A stretch of DNA of 40,774 bases from Promethearchaeota archaeon. GTDB lineage: Archaea; Asgardarchaeota; Lokiarchaeia; Sigyniarchaeales; SOKP01. The DNA lies in NCBI GenBank assembly GCA_030599585.1, contig JAUVNS010000027.1, positions 1-40,774 on the forward strand. The letters are read 5' to 3'. Below, one piece after another: positions 10,044 to 20,201 of this stretch (its first letter is position 1; every line of letters begins with the position of its first letter). The translations under genes were made by a program, and so were the position numbers. The notes below the pieces were generated by a model that was given only the letters and a program-made list of their open reading frames with translations, searched no databases and was not told the origin of the DNA.

Positions 10044-12125
10044 CTACATTGACTCCCTCTGAACTTTTGTAATATGATTGCTCTTTTTGAACGTGTATAT
10101 ATCAGTTACGAAGGAATCTAAAGCCCTTTCGTGAGAAATGATGATCATTTGGGAAGTGTTCAGCGAATTAAAAATTTCTTGCATGCGATTAACTTGTTGT
10201 TGACTAAAACCGTCGGTAGGTTCGTCTAAAATCAGTAAATCTTTCGTTTTGACGTCTTGATACCGCTCGTTAATGATCTTAGTTAAGCCTAACCTGTACG
10301 CTAACGAGATTGCGCTTTTTTCTCCGCCTGAAAGATCTTTAAAGGGAGAATCGTATCCGTTCACGTTAATTATTGGCTGAAAATCGTCAGGGCGAATCTC
10401 AACTTCTATATTTCCGCTCTCAACTAATACGTTAAACCATTCTTTAAAAAAGGTGTTAAAATCGCGAGCGCTCGAAATTAAAATCTGTCTTTCAATATCT
10501 CTTAACAATACGGGAAATTGATCTTTTACCCAATTCCTAATTTCAGTAGAGTATTCCAGCTTCTCTTTTAATTTTTTCTTTTCTTCTAACCAAGTTTTTA
10601 AATCGTTAACTTCTTTTTTCATATACTCTAGAGTTGTTCTTTCGGCGCTTAACTCTATGTCAATGGCGTTCTTTAGGGATTTCAGTTCTTCTATATTTTT
10701 TTCAAAAGAGTCAAGATTTTTTCTAATTTCTAACTCTAATTGTTTTAACTCTGTTATATCAGCGATTTTAAAAGCCTTTAAGGTATCGTCTATTTCTTTT
10801 TGCACCTGAGTTAATTTACCTATCATCTCGTCTAGTTTTTTCTGATTATCCATTTCCTGTATTTTACTTGCTTCAACTAGCTTCTTGTACAACTCTATTT
10901 TACTTTTATTTGCTGTATAGTCTTGTAAATTTTTCAGATTTTGCTCTAATGTAGTAATATTTTTAGATAACGTTTCTATTTCGCTCGAAAACGACTCAAC
11001 CTTCCCTAACGCGTCTTTTAACTCTCCTTTAAATCGCTTCTCTTCGTGGATTTCTTGTCCACACATCGAACATTTCCCTTCTTTTAGTAATTTATCAACA
11101 TCTTTAATTTTTTGCTCCAGAACAGCCTTTTCTTTTCCTTTTTCAGAAATTTGTTCTCGGTCTTCGGAGATTTGAGCTCGTATCTGGTCTTCAGTTAAAT
11201 CTGTTGACAACTCGGCCAATACAATTTTTTTAGCTTCTTCTTCGTTCGTCTTAATGTTATTCTGGGCAGTTTCAAGATCTTTAGCGTATTTTTCTCTTAA
11301 TTCGGTATAATCTTTAAAAGTCTTTTCTTTACCTTCAAGTTCTATTATTTTCTTTGATAGGTCTTCTTTTTTTGATTTTATTGCGTCAAAATCTTTCTTA
11401 ACAAGGTTTATCTCGTTTTGTTTTACTTCGCTTTCTTTTTCCATGCCACTAATTTTGTTTACTTGAAGTTTTAACTCCTCTTCTTTTTCAGGAATCACAT
11501 CTTCGATCCCTTCGAGTTGACCGATTCGAATTTCGGTCTCTTTACTGTCGTCTCTTAAAAAATCTATTATAATTTTGATATTTCTTAGCGTAACTTCGTA
11601 TTTCTCAATGCCAAATACGTCCTTTAAGATTTCAAACCGTTTTTCTGGAGCAGCTTCTAAAATCTCTTTCACTGATTCTTGAGGTGTATATACCGTGTAA
11701 CGAAACAAATCAATTTTTTGTGCTCGTTCGTACCTTGTAACTGAATAGTTGAGCGTTTCTAAAATCTTTCTACGCAAATCAGTTGGGGCGTAAGAAGTTA
11801 GACTATCGTTTATTGTAAACGATCCTTTAGTCTGGGAGACCGTCCCAGCTTTACTTTTTGAAAGACTTCTCTTTATTACATATCTGTCGCCATCAAGTAA
11901 AAAGGTTAACTCAACGGATGCTTTGTTTTCGCCTCGGCGTAAGATAGAATCTCCGCTTAAGTCCGCGCTTTTTAACGTTCCAAATAAAGCGAATTCGATC
12001 GCCTTTAGAACTGAACTTTTTCCACTCCCGATATCTCCGTAAAAAAGCATGGTTGTCTGAGGAAAAGTAAGATCAATATTTTTAATACTTCTAATGTTCC
12101 CTATTTTAATTGATTCCAAAATCAT
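10044..12125 (-). CDS. rad50: Rad50 ATPase
   Basis: Walker A GDIGSGKSS, Q-loop YTPQE, coiled coil with Zn-hook CSMC, LSGGE, LILDEPT, ISH; overlaps mre11 by 4 nt. Confidence 0.95.
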   Translation of the reverse strand: MILESIKIGNIRSIKNIDLTFPQTTMLFYGDIGSGKSSVLKAIEFALFGTLKSADLSGDSILRRGENKASVELTFLLDGDRYVIKRSLSKSKAGTVSQTKGSFTINDSLTSYAPTDLRRKILETLNYSVTRYERAQKIDLFRYTVYTPQESVKEILEAAPEKRFEILKDVFGIEKYEVTLRNIKIIIDFLRDDSKETEIRIGQLEGIEDVIPEKEEELKLQVNKISGMEKESEVKQNEINLVKKDFDAIKSKKEDLSKKIIELEGKEKTFKDYTELREKYAKDLETAQNNIKTNEEEAKKIVLAELSTDLTEDQIRAQISEDREQISEKGKEKAVLEQKIKDVDKLLKEGKCSMCGQEIHEEKRFKGELKDALGKVESFSSEIETLSKNITTLEQNLKNLQDYTANKSKIELYKKLVEASKIQEMDNQKKLDEMIGKLTQVQKEIDDTLKAFKIADITELKQLELEIRKNLDSFEKNIEELKSLKNAIDIELSAERTTLEYMKKEVNDLKTWLEEKKKLKEKLEYSTEIRNWVKDQFPVLLRDIERQILISSARDFNTFFKEWFNVLVESGNIEVEIRPDDFQPIINVNGYDSPFKDLSGGEKSAISLAYRLGLTKIINERYQDVKTKDLLILDEPTDGFSQQQVNRMQEIFNSLNTSQMIIISHERALDSFVTDIYTFKKSNHITKVQRESM

Positions 12126-13432
12126 AGGCTCTTCCCCTTCTTAGTTAGATCAAAAATCTCAAGAAATTGGTTCAGTAGTTCTTCGTTGTATTCTCTAACT
12201 TGAGTTCCTTCTTCTCTATCAGTGCCCAACACTCCTAAGATTCTGTGAATTTTGTTTTCCATGTCTTTTTTGGATGTTTTTTTCATAGTAGTTTTTTCAG
12301 CGTGTTCGTGAATTAGCGCTTCTTCGATTTCCTCGTTTGTTTTTCCAACCGCAACGCTTACTGGAGCGTATTCCTTTGATGTAAGAGCGTTCTTATTTAT
12401 TAACGCGTCGAGCGCTCCTTTATTCTTTAGTTGTTCTGCAATTTCGCTCGATTTAATTTCGTAGGCTCTACCAGAAGTAAGCGAACCGATAATTCGGATC
12501 GTTACTATTTTTCCTTCAGCATCTAACCCTGAAATTTTTTGGGCTATAAGGTCTAGAGCTTCTATAGCGGTCTTGTTAGCGCAATCAATTACCAAGGTAA
12601 GAATTTCTCGTGGTTTTATCGGAATGTATTTAATCGTAAGCTTCACACTTTGAGATTCGGCGTTAATATCTCCGGAAACGATACAGAAACCACCATATCG
12701 ATATTTTTCAAGCTCGCGAAAATTGGTTGGATAAAGCGATCCGGGGTAAATAATGTTATTTTTTTGATCAACAACAAAAGTTCCATCGCCTTCTCGTAAT
12801 TCTTCAGGAACAGTTTTATGCAGGTGACCACCGGCGTAATACGCAAAATTTTGAGGTAAGAGCGATTTAGGAGCAGATTCCATTTCTTTGAATTCGACCG
12901 GTTTTAATTCGCTCATCATAGTGTGCAATACAAATATTTTAATTCCTGTTTCGTCCTCTAAATTTTCCCGCAGCAAACGCTTATAATCTTCAATTTCCAA
13001 ACTTCTTTTCCGTGCTCGTAATCCGGTTAGTTTTATACCCGTTTTTTCATCTTGGAAAAAATGTAATTTTAATTGTTTATTATCAGTGAGTTCGCCTTTA
13101 GATAGGTCAATAAACAGTCCTGCCGAAATTAAGGGACGGATCATTGAATTATCGGACGGTGAAAAATCGTGCGAACCCATAATTCCATAGACAGGTATGT
13201 TTTTATCGCGTAATTTTTTTAACTCTCTTACTGCTAAATCTATAACGTCTACTTTTGGATTGCTGATGTCGAATAGATCGCCACTGATTACAACAAAATC
13301 TACTTCCTCTTCAAGAATTGTATTAATTGTCTGTTCGAACGCTTCGTATCCCATCTGATTTAGTACTTCGTTTCGCCAAGCTCCCAAATGGCAATCAGAT
13401 AAATGGGCAAATTTTACATCCATCCTTTTCAC
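12122..13432 (-). CDS. mre11: Mre11 nuclease
   Basis: HLSDCHLG, GDLFD, GSHD, LH, GHLH phosphoesterase motifs; lies between herA and rad50. Confidence 0.95.
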   Translation of the reverse strand: MKRMDVKFAHLSDCHLGAWRNEVLNQMGYEAFEQTINTILEEEVDFVVISGDLFDISNPKVDVIDLAVRELKKLRDKNIPVYGIMGSHDFSPSDNSMIRPLISAGLFIDLSKGELTDNKQLKLHFFQDEKTGIKLTGLRARKRSLEIEDYKRLLRENLEDETGIKIFVLHTMMSELKPVEFKEMESAPKSLLPQNFAYYAGGHLHKTVPEELREGDGTFVVDQKNNIIYPGSLYPTNFRELEKYRYGGFCIVSGDINAESQSVKLTIKYIPIKPREILTLVIDCANKTAIEALDLIAQKISGLDAEGKIVTIRIIGSLTSGRAYEIKSSEIAEQLKNKGALDALINKNALTSKEYAPVSVAVGKTNEEIEEALIHEHAEKTTMKKTSKKDMENKIHRILGVLGTDREEGTQVREYNEELLNQFLEIFDLTKKGKSL

Positions 13433-13464
13433 ATTTTCCTATTTTTTTTTTAATCAATTAAAAT

Positions 13465-15054
13465 TCACGAAAATCCTGGCGATACTATGTTAGTTTTTGA
13501 ACTTTGTTTTTGTTTGCTTCCCTTAATAAAATCTTCAAATAACGGAATGCTAATGGGAACTGCAAATTTAGTAAAGGTTGATGTAACAATAGCCTCTCCC
13601 TTATCAAGACTTCCGATCGTTTGATAATCGTCCGATAGGTCTTGAGCAGCGCTATCAATTAGAGCCCTTCGTTCTGGACCCATCTCGTTACCAAGAATAA
13701 TTTTCGTATTCATATTTGCAAGTATTTCTCGATCGATTATACTTGGAAGCTGTGTAATTGCAATAAGACCTATTTGAAATTTTCTTCCTTCTCGAGCGAT
13801 TTTTCCAAAGACATTATCAATTGATTCTAACACTTTCTTTCCTATAACCCGCGGAGCTTCTTCGATTACGATGGAAATAACAGGTCTTTCGTGTAATTTA
13901 TCTTGAAACTTAAGCTTTTTATATTCTTTAAAAACGCCTTCAACAATAATTGAAGCGATAAATATCTCTTCTGCGCCTTCTAGTAAGGAGGTATCGATTA
14001 TTACCGTTTTACCTTTTGATAAAGAACTTATTATAGCGTGCGTAGTTTGTTCGTAGCCGCTCGATGCGTATATCCCTTTTTCGATTAGAGTTCCATCGTC
14101 CTCGACGTAAAGGTTTAATAATAACCCAAGCTTCCTCCTTAGAACTTCGACAGTTGTAAGTTGAATTCCCATTTTTTTTAGTTCTTCTAAAGTATGATCT
14201 TCGTATATATTTTGAATCCACTTTTTTCTATCAGCTCGATAAAACACTACAATCGCTTGTTTTTGGGCGTCTGTAAGCTTTATACTCCCGATAATGTGTG
14301 CCGGATTAATGAGGTTCATATTAAATTTCAAATCGTTAGACCCTGAAGTGCCTCTAATAGTATAATATTCTAAGAATTCAGGACTTTTTGGGTGATCTCT
14401 CAAACCTTTTTGAGTTATACTTCCGTAATATTCGTTATGGGGGTCAAATATTAATTTACCGCACTTTTCGTTGTCCAGAAGATCGTAGAGTATTGTTTTT
14501 ACCAAATTAGATTTACCTCTTCCCGTTGCTGCGGGTATTAATATGTGATGTTTTAATACCTCGGGAGCGTTAACTTTCACGTTTATATCTAAGACTTTCG
14601 AACCAGAACGCACTTTCCCAAGATTTAGTGGCGTCTCAATCTCTTCTTCTTGAAAAAATTGAAGGTGAGATTCCTCTAATTCGAAGATATCTGAAAAGAA
14701 TTTGGGTAATTTTTTGGGAATTGTAAGCTCGAATTTTTCTGAAATCTCGCTTTTACTAATAGATATTAACTCTCTTGCGTGAGCAAGCACATAATTTCTT
14801 AGTTCAGGTTCGTAAATTTTGAGATTTGAGCGTTCTCTTTCCAACACATAACCAGCCATTAATTCCAAAGAACTATCGGGAATTTGGCTTCCGTAAAATA
14901 AATCTTTAATTTGGAAGATAGAATATTCCTCCATACTATTTCCAGCGACAATTAATTCTCCAATCTCAAAATCTTTGTCGGATTTTTGTCTTAACATTAA
15001 TTTAGCAAAAGATCCCGAGACGAAACTACCTATTTTATTTCCTAAACCAGTCAT
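13465..15054 (-). CDS. herA: HerA helicase/translocase
   Basis: N-terminal HAS-barrel-like region, [40 protein letters not shown]. Confidence 0.92.
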   Translation of the reverse strand: MTGLGNKIGSFVSGSFAKLMLRQKSDKDFEIGELIVAGNSMEEYSIFQIKDLFYGSQIPDSSLELMAGYVLERERSNLKIYEPELRNYVLAHARELISISKSEISEKFELTIPKKLPKFFSDIFELEESHLQFFQEEEIETPLNLGKVRSGSKVLDINVKVNAPEVLKHHILIPAATGRGKSNLVKTILYDLLDNEKCGKLIFDPHNEYYGSITQKGLRDHPKSPEFLEYYTIRGTSGSNDLKFNMNLINPAHIIGSIKLTDAQKQAIVVFYRADRKKWIQNIYEDHTLEELKKMGIQLTTVEVLRRKLGLLLNLYVEDDGTLIEKGIYASSGYEQTTHAIISSLSKGKTVIIDTSLLEGAEEIFIASIIVEGVFKEYKKLKFQDKLHERPVISIVIEEAPRVIGKKVLESIDNVFGKIAREGRKFQIGLIAITQLPSIIDREILANMNTKIILGNEMGPERRALIDSAAQDLSDDYQTIGSLDKGEAIVTSTFTKFAVPISIPLFEDFIKGSKQKQSSKTNIVSPGFS

Positions 15055-15086
15055 TTTTTTATCCTCATTCTAACCTAATTTCATTC

Positions 15087-15347
15087 TTAAAACTCAACCT
15101 TTACTCTAGGTTTAAAAGTTTCGCTTAAAATTTGAACATCGAAAATGTCTTTTAACCTAAGAGATCTCCAATCATTTCTTTCAAGACAGAAAAAATGAAA
15201 AATGGTTCCTGTACTTTTTTCTCGAAAGGAGTATGGTTCGCATATTCTTTCTGTATAAGAGCCATCCTTTTTATAGGCTTTTAATTGTATGAGATTTAAC
15301 TTTTGACCCGCCTTTATAATTTTTTGTTGTATATTCACATTAAACAC
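15087..15347 (-). CDS. Stand-alone WYL-domain protein
   Basis: YKKDGSYTERICEPYSF...HFFCLERNDWRSLRLKDI matches the WYL pattern (R.v.P.....yC..R...R.FR.DrI); no HTH. Confidence 0.8.
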   Translation of the reverse strand: MFNVNIQQKIIKAGQKLNLIQLKAYKKDGSYTERICEPYSFREKSTGTIFHFFCLERNDWRSLRLKDIFDVQILSETFKPRVKVEF

Positions 15348-17177
15348 CTAATTGGAATTTGCTATTGAATTCAATTGTAAAATAATACTTTTTAGATTTT
15401 CTGAAATTTCATCTTTATTTTTTATTGATTTAGACAGAGCTTTAACTAAATCTGGTTTTGAAACTTGTTCTAAACATTCTGTTTCGATTAATTCTAAAAG
15501 TTCTTTCGACAGTTTTACCCGGGTTCTTATATTTTCAATTTCTTGAGGGTTCCATTCATTATCATTCTTTTTAGGATATTTATTATTAAGCATAGTCACC
15601 CATTGTTCTGATGTAAATTCACCTTCAAATTCTCCTTCAGAATCTGGTTCTTTTCCTACTAAAAATAAGTCGATTCCTTCTCGAAAACCTAATTTTCTTA
15701 AACCAGGTTCTTTAAATTGTTTTATCTTTTTTGAATCTTTATCTACTACTATAATTACCCGTTTTTTGTTATTTCTTAAAAATTTGGCAAAAGATAGTGC
15801 TTGAATGTTGCTTTCAGCGTTTATAAACAATATTCCTGCTTCAAAATGAGTTTTATCATTTATCAATTCAAATAGGATAGGGAATGCTTTATACTCAGAT
15901 TCACCCTCAACTATAACAAATATTTTTTCAAAGAATAAAAAAGAACTACGAAAACCAATTGAAAAGGCTAGGTCTTTGAGAAAATCGCCAATTTGTTCAT
16001 AATCTTCATCTGTTATAAATAATATTTCAGTTTCATCATTGTTATTTAGAGTAAAATTAACTATTTGATTAGGAGGAAAATTATCAATTAATTTTATTGA
16101 ATGCGTAGCAATTAAAACTTGTACATTACCTTTTTTTGAAAAATCATTTAAAATGTTTAATAAGTTAGAAATCTGGAAATAATCGAAGTGAAGATCAGGT
16201 TCATCAAAAGCTATTACGAAATTTTCATTTAGTTCTTCAGTAATTTGAAGATTTGACCATTCATAAATTCCTAGCATTATTTGCTTTCTCTTACCTGTAG
16301 CTTCAGACTCGAATCTGACTTTATCTCCACTTTTTTTTATAATATTAAACTCATCTAAATTCAATCCTTGAAGTGCATTATATTCGGGGTTTATATCAAT
16401 CCTTTCAATATCCTTACAATATTTTTTTATTATATCATTAGCTTCTTCGATTTTTTGATTGCATATACCTAAAACAACAGTAGTTATTTTTTTAACTTCT
16501 TTTTCAATATTCAATTCTTCTACTTTTTCTTTAAGAGTGTTTATTAGAATTTTTATCATTTCTCTTTTAGGATCAGGAGATTCCTCAGAAGAAAGCAAAA
16601 TGAAATTTGGTAGAATTGTTTTTATATTTTTCGTAGGGATTATTTTTTCGATTTGTTTGTCGCCTGGAAATTCTTCTCGTTTGATCTTCAATTTATCTTT
16701 CATGCTTGAAACAGTTTCACTTGAACTTAATTCAATGTCATATTTGTTACATAATTCTTCATAAGGTCCTTTAAAGCGACCTAAACCAAGATTATCTAAA
16801 TCTGTGCCAGTTCCTAAAGTGTATATAAAATAATATAGTTCTGGATCATTTACTTTAAATTTTTTATAAATTGTAATAAAATTATTATCTAAACTTGGTT
16901 CATATGTTAGGAAGAATTCTTTTTCTTCTTCCGTTATTTGAAACTTACCAGAAAAGATTACCTCCAAATTCTCAATTTTTACGTTACTATTGATATCTAC
17001 CTCATTAATTTTTTGATGGGGCTCAAGAAATAACTTAAGAGCGTCCAAAGTGGTTGTTTTTCCTCCACCATTTTGTCCTATCAAGATGGAAATTTCATGA
17101 ATTGGCATTGAAATCATTCCTTTCACACTCCGAAATTTTTCATAAGATAATTCTAATAATTTAATCAATATCACCAT
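15348..17177 (-). CDS. OLD-family ATP-dependent nuclease (ABC ATPase + TOPRIM)
   Basis: GQNGGGKTT, FDEPDLH, IATHS; TOPRIM IVEGESE and VDKD. Confidence 0.9.
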   Translation of the reverse strand: MVILIKLLELSYEKFRSVKGMISMPIHEISILIGQNGGGKTTTLDALKLFLEPHQKINEVDINSNVKIENLEVIFSGKFQITEEEKEFFLTYEPSLDNNFITIYKKFKVNDPELYYFIYTLGTGTDLDNLGLGRFKGPYEELCNKYDIELSSSETVSSMKDKLKIKREEFPGDKQIEKIIPTKNIKTILPNFILLSSEESPDPKREMIKILINTLKEKVEELNIEKEVKKITTVVLGICNQKIEEANDIIKKYCKDIERIDINPEYNALQGLNLDEFNIIKKSGDKVRFESEATGKRKQIMLGIYEWSNLQITEELNENFVIAFDEPDLHFDYFQISNLLNILNDFSKKGNVQVLIATHSIKLIDNFPPNQIVNFTLNNNDETEILFITDEDYEQIGDFLKDLAFSIGFRSSFLFFEKIFVIVEGESEYKAFPILFELINDKTHFEAGILFINAESNIQALSFAKFLRNNKKRVIIVVDKDSKKIKQFKEPGLRKLGFREGIDLFLVGKEPDSEGEFEGEFTSEQWVTMLNNKYPKKNDNEWNPQEIENIRTRVKLSKELLELIETECLEQVSKPDLVKALSKSIKNKDEISENLKSIILQLNSIANSN

Positions 17178-17185
17178 GTAAATAA

Positions 17186-18319
17186 TTAATTTTTCCGAAT
17201 TGTATTTAACAAATCGTGCGCGTCGATGGAGCGAATGCGCGGTAAAATAAAATTCTCGTACAATTCCGAATCGAATTCAGCCATTAACTGAATTTTTTGA
17301 GGGCCAATTTCTCTTGCTGCTACTCTCGATAATTGATCTACTTTTATTAAGCCGTAGGGGTAACCCGGAAACGATAAATCGGTTGAATTTGCGGCTAAAT
17401 TTGAAATAATTACTTCTTTTTCCCGTTGATCTAACTTTTCTGATTGGTCTAAATAAATGTCAAACCTAAAAGGCGAACGAGTAAATTTATGAAGTTTTAC
17501 GAAATAGACGTCTGCTAAATTATCCGCCTTAGTCATCCTATAGATTGGATGATAATACCACGTCTCTTCTGGATATTTTTTACTAGCCATCATGTCAACT
17601 AAAGAGATTAAGGAATCTCCGGTTTTTGTAATCAGCCTACATGTCTTCGAGAGCCCCGTAATATACACGTTTTTCTCCTTGGCTGTTGCGTGTAACTCTC
17701 TCACCAACAAGATTTCGTCTTTATATCCAGTTTGAAGCGATCCATCTCGAATAAATATATCTCCCTTACCCAGTTCATACGCAATAAGTTTGGTGGCGTA
17801 CGACCATTCGGCAAACCTCATTGCAACTCCGCCAAAAATCTCAATTCTTGGCATAAATCGAAATCCAATTAATTGTCTTACCTCGTTCAAAGGTATAATA
17901 ATTTCTTCGTCTGGCAAAAATTCTTTAAATTCTGGCTCTCTCGGAAATAGTTGGATGTTGTAAGCCATTTTTCCACCAGTCATAGGTTCTAGGATCGTTG
18001 CAGTGTAAAATTCTATTACCTCGGGAGTTTTCTTGAACGAAATAATTTCATTTCCTTCGAATAATACTCCTGCGACTCTATTCAAACTAATACTAAAATC
18101 TGCCGCGCTCAAAATTGAAGCAGTCCCTCCGTCCACGAAGGCTAATTTTCGCGATACATCACAGTCCGGAATTGGAAAAATTCTCTCTTTAGCGATATCA
18201 TAACTTATTTCGTTCTCTCCTTCGATAAAAGGAGAATCTTCAATATTGATTTCTCGCTTGCGTTGTTGAATAAAGTCGATACAATCTTTCAGCACAGAGG
18301 GGTTTTTATCGTCGTTCAT
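17186..18319 (-). CDS. nurA: NurA 5'-3' nuclease
   Basis: FVDGG, IRDGSL, GLSKT, GYPYGL..VD..SRV; context upstream of herA-mre11-rad50. Confidence 0.9.
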   Translation of the reverse strand: MNDDKNPSVLKDCIDFIQQRKREINIEDSPFIEGENEISYDIAKERIFPIPDCDVSRKLAFVDGGTASILSAADFSISLNRVAGVLFEGNEIISFKKTPEVIEFYTATILEPMTGGKMAYNIQLFPREPEFKEFLPDEEIIIPLNEVRQLIGFRFMPRIEIFGGVAMRFAEWSYATKLIAYELGKGDIFIRDGSLQTGYKDEILLVRELHATAKEKNVYITGLSKTCRLITKTGDSLISLVDMMASKKYPEETWYYHPIYRMTKADNLADVYFVKLHKFTRSPFRFDIYLDQSEKLDQREKEVIISNLAANSTDLSFPGYPYGLIKVDQLSRVAAREIGPQKIQLMAEFDSELYENFILPRIRSIDAHDLLNTIRKN

Positions 18320-18364
18320 TTATAATCGTTAATTTTGCCTTTAATATTGTAATATAGGCTGTGA

Positions 18365-18374
18365 TATTTATATA
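18365..18374 (-). promoter_or_regulatory. Candidate archaeal TATA box for the nurA operon
   Basis: TATATAAATA on the minus strand about 46 nt upstream of the nurA ATG. Confidence 0.35.
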
Positions 18375-18478
18375 CTTAAACTCAAAGAAGTTAATATTCC
18401 ATTAATACTACCAAGGAATTTTTCCATTTTTATTTGGATGAGTATAAAGTTGTAAGATTGTTAATCTCTTGACAAAAT

Positions 18479-19162
18479 TTAATTCTCTCTAGATTCCAGT
18501 TCTTTATTGACTTCCAAATACAACGCTTGACGGTTTACAGGTGCTAAATCAATTTTTTTTTCTGATAAATACAATTTCAAATTGATTTTTGAGAGTTTTT
18601 TCAAATTTTTTTCATAAACCCATTCAATAATACCGTCAATTAAATTCAATGATTCATTTCTTTCTTTTTCAATTCTTTCGTGTTTTCTTTGCTTTTTCAG
18701 TTCTTTAACTTTTTGCCAAACCATGTTGCCAATCTTTTCTAACCTCTCATGTGTTGCTAGCGGTAATTTTAAAAAATCTTCGATGCCTATGTCGCGATAA
18801 TACGGATGAAGATTAATTGAGGAAAGATCCACTTGAGTTTTTACTATGGCATAAAGCTTATCAACTATTTCTTCATCGGATTTAGTATTTAATACTTTAT
18901 TTCGTTTCAATACTAGTTCCTTTTCTAATTCTATAATTTTGAACCAAGCTATGTCAAATATTTCCGATTGTCTATTTTCTAACTCTGGTATCTGTAGCAA
19001 CTCCTCGACTTGATGTCTTGACCAGAATAATTGCTCAAAACTCTCAAATCTTTTTCTAACATTATCATCAGTTAAGGTGTTATCACTTACAAACTCATTA
19101 TAAATTAACTGAGCAATTTCTTCATTAGAATATTTTTTAAACAAATTTTCTTTCATTCTCAT
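18479..19162 (-). CDS. Hypothetical helical protein
   Basis: 227-aa ORF, charged and alpha-helical, no recognised motif. Confidence 0.7.
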   Translation of the reverse strand: MRMKENLFKKYSNEEIAQLIYNEFVSDNTLTDDNVRKRFESFEQLFWSRHQVEELLQIPELENRQSEIFDIAWFKIIELEKELVLKRNKVLNTKSDEEIVDKLYAIVKTQVDLSSINLHPYYRDIGIEDFLKLPLATHERLEKIGNMVWQKVKELKKQRKHERIEKERNESLNLIDGIIEWVYEKNLKKLSKINLKLYLSEKKIDLAPVNRQALYLEVNKELESREN

Positions 19163-19179
19163 CCCGAAAATATTTCAAT

Positions 19180-19446
19180 TCAAAGTAATTTTACATCCTG
19201 ATTCAGATTAAAGCCACAGAATCCACATAAAAAGTCTGATAAAGGATTTGTAGGATCTTTCATTATATAATCCATATCTTCTAAAAACATATTAAAATTG
19301 CTACATTTAACAGGTGGGTAAGTCTTGGCTTTATCAAGTTTTTTTTGCCAGAATTCCCACGCTTCTATTCTCGCTAAACCTTTTTGAGCTATTTTTATTT
19401 GCTCTCGTATTCTTTTTATTTTGCGAGTCATATATTTAACTCCCAC
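19180..19446 (-). CDS. Small hypothetical protein (CxxC near C-terminus)
   Basis: 88-aa ORF 17 bp upstream of the 227-aa gene; LCGFCG. Confidence 0.5.
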   Translation of the reverse strand: MGVKYMTRKIKRIREQIKIAQKGLARIEAWEFWQKKLDKAKTYPPVKCSNFNMFLEDMDYIMKDPTNPLSDFLCGFCGFNLNQDVKLL

Positions 19447-19645
19447 ATTTAGATTGTTTTTTTTTAATTTTTACCAATTTTGTCATTCCATAAAAAGAAT
19501 TCTTTTGTTTTTAAATATTGTTAATCTTCAATTTTTGGTCTTAAAATGAATGGTGAGGAACAAAGCTCTTCAAAATCAAGATTTTTCCTAAATTAAAAAA
19601 AGATCTAGAGAAAAACTATGATTTCTTGTTCTTTAAATAAGTCTA

Positions 19646-19957
19646 GTGTTACGAGTAGTCATGAACGAAAATACTAAAGTAGCGATCAAGGTAGAATACG
19701 AATGTGATGGGATAAAAAAGGTTTGTCTCGGGGAAATCGAGGAGAGTAAGTTAGAAAAATTAAAAAAATTAATGAATATTGATGCGGGAGAGGAGAATTA
19801 TATATTGATGGAAAACGATGGCAACATTATCTGGAAAGATAAAGAATCCCTAATCTCCATAGAAACATTAGATTCGAAATCGGTTGTCTTTCGTAAAGAC
19901 CGGATTGCAGACTACATTCGAGCCAATAACGATACTGATATAGGAATTTGTTCTTAA
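19646..19957 (+). CDS. Hypothetical protein
   Basis: 103-aa ORF (internal ATG likely the true start), normal composition. Confidence 0.6.
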   Translation: MLRVVMNENTKVAIKVEYECDGIKKVCLGEIEESKLEKLKKLMNIDAGEENYILMENDGNIIWKDKESLISIETLDSKSVVFRKDRIADYIRANNDTDIGICS

Positions 19958-19968
19958 AATTGTGAATA

Positions 19969-20186
19969 ATGAAGCCAAACATCAGAGTATGCAGCTTATT
20001 TAGTGGCTGTGGAGGGCTTGACTTAGGGGGCTCCTAGCGGGATTCGAGCTTGTGTTTGCAATAGATTCATACAAACGAGCGTATGAATCATACAAATTAA
20101 ACTTAGGTCTTTCCATAATCAATAAAAACATAAAAGATCTTTCTTACGAAGTTATACCCGAATTTTCTTTTTTACCTTTGCACTAA
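19969..20186 (+). pseudogene. Frameshifted, truncated DNA cytosine-5 methyltransferase remnant
   Basis: MKPNIRVCSLFSGCGGLDLG (motif I); frameshift at the G5 run 20026-20030; continues LLAGFELVFAIDSYKRAYESYKLNLG...NIKDL...IPEF and stops before the PC catalytic motif. Confidence 0.85.
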
Positions 20187-20201
20187 ATAAATAACCTATT
20201 T

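Noticed and set aside
15064-15090. Possible nurA 3'-end scar after the WYL gene (NEIRLE* versus NTIRKN*)
   Set aside because: Only about 15/27 nt match in AT-rich DNA; not distinguishable from chance
3372-17177. UvrD + OLD as a Gabija system
   Set aside because: The helicase is a full-length PcrA-like protein about 10 kb away on the opposite strand, not an adjacent GajB
19990-20060. GC-richer patch resembling a tRNA or ncRNA
   Set aside because: No cloverleaf; explained by the methyltransferase motif I codons
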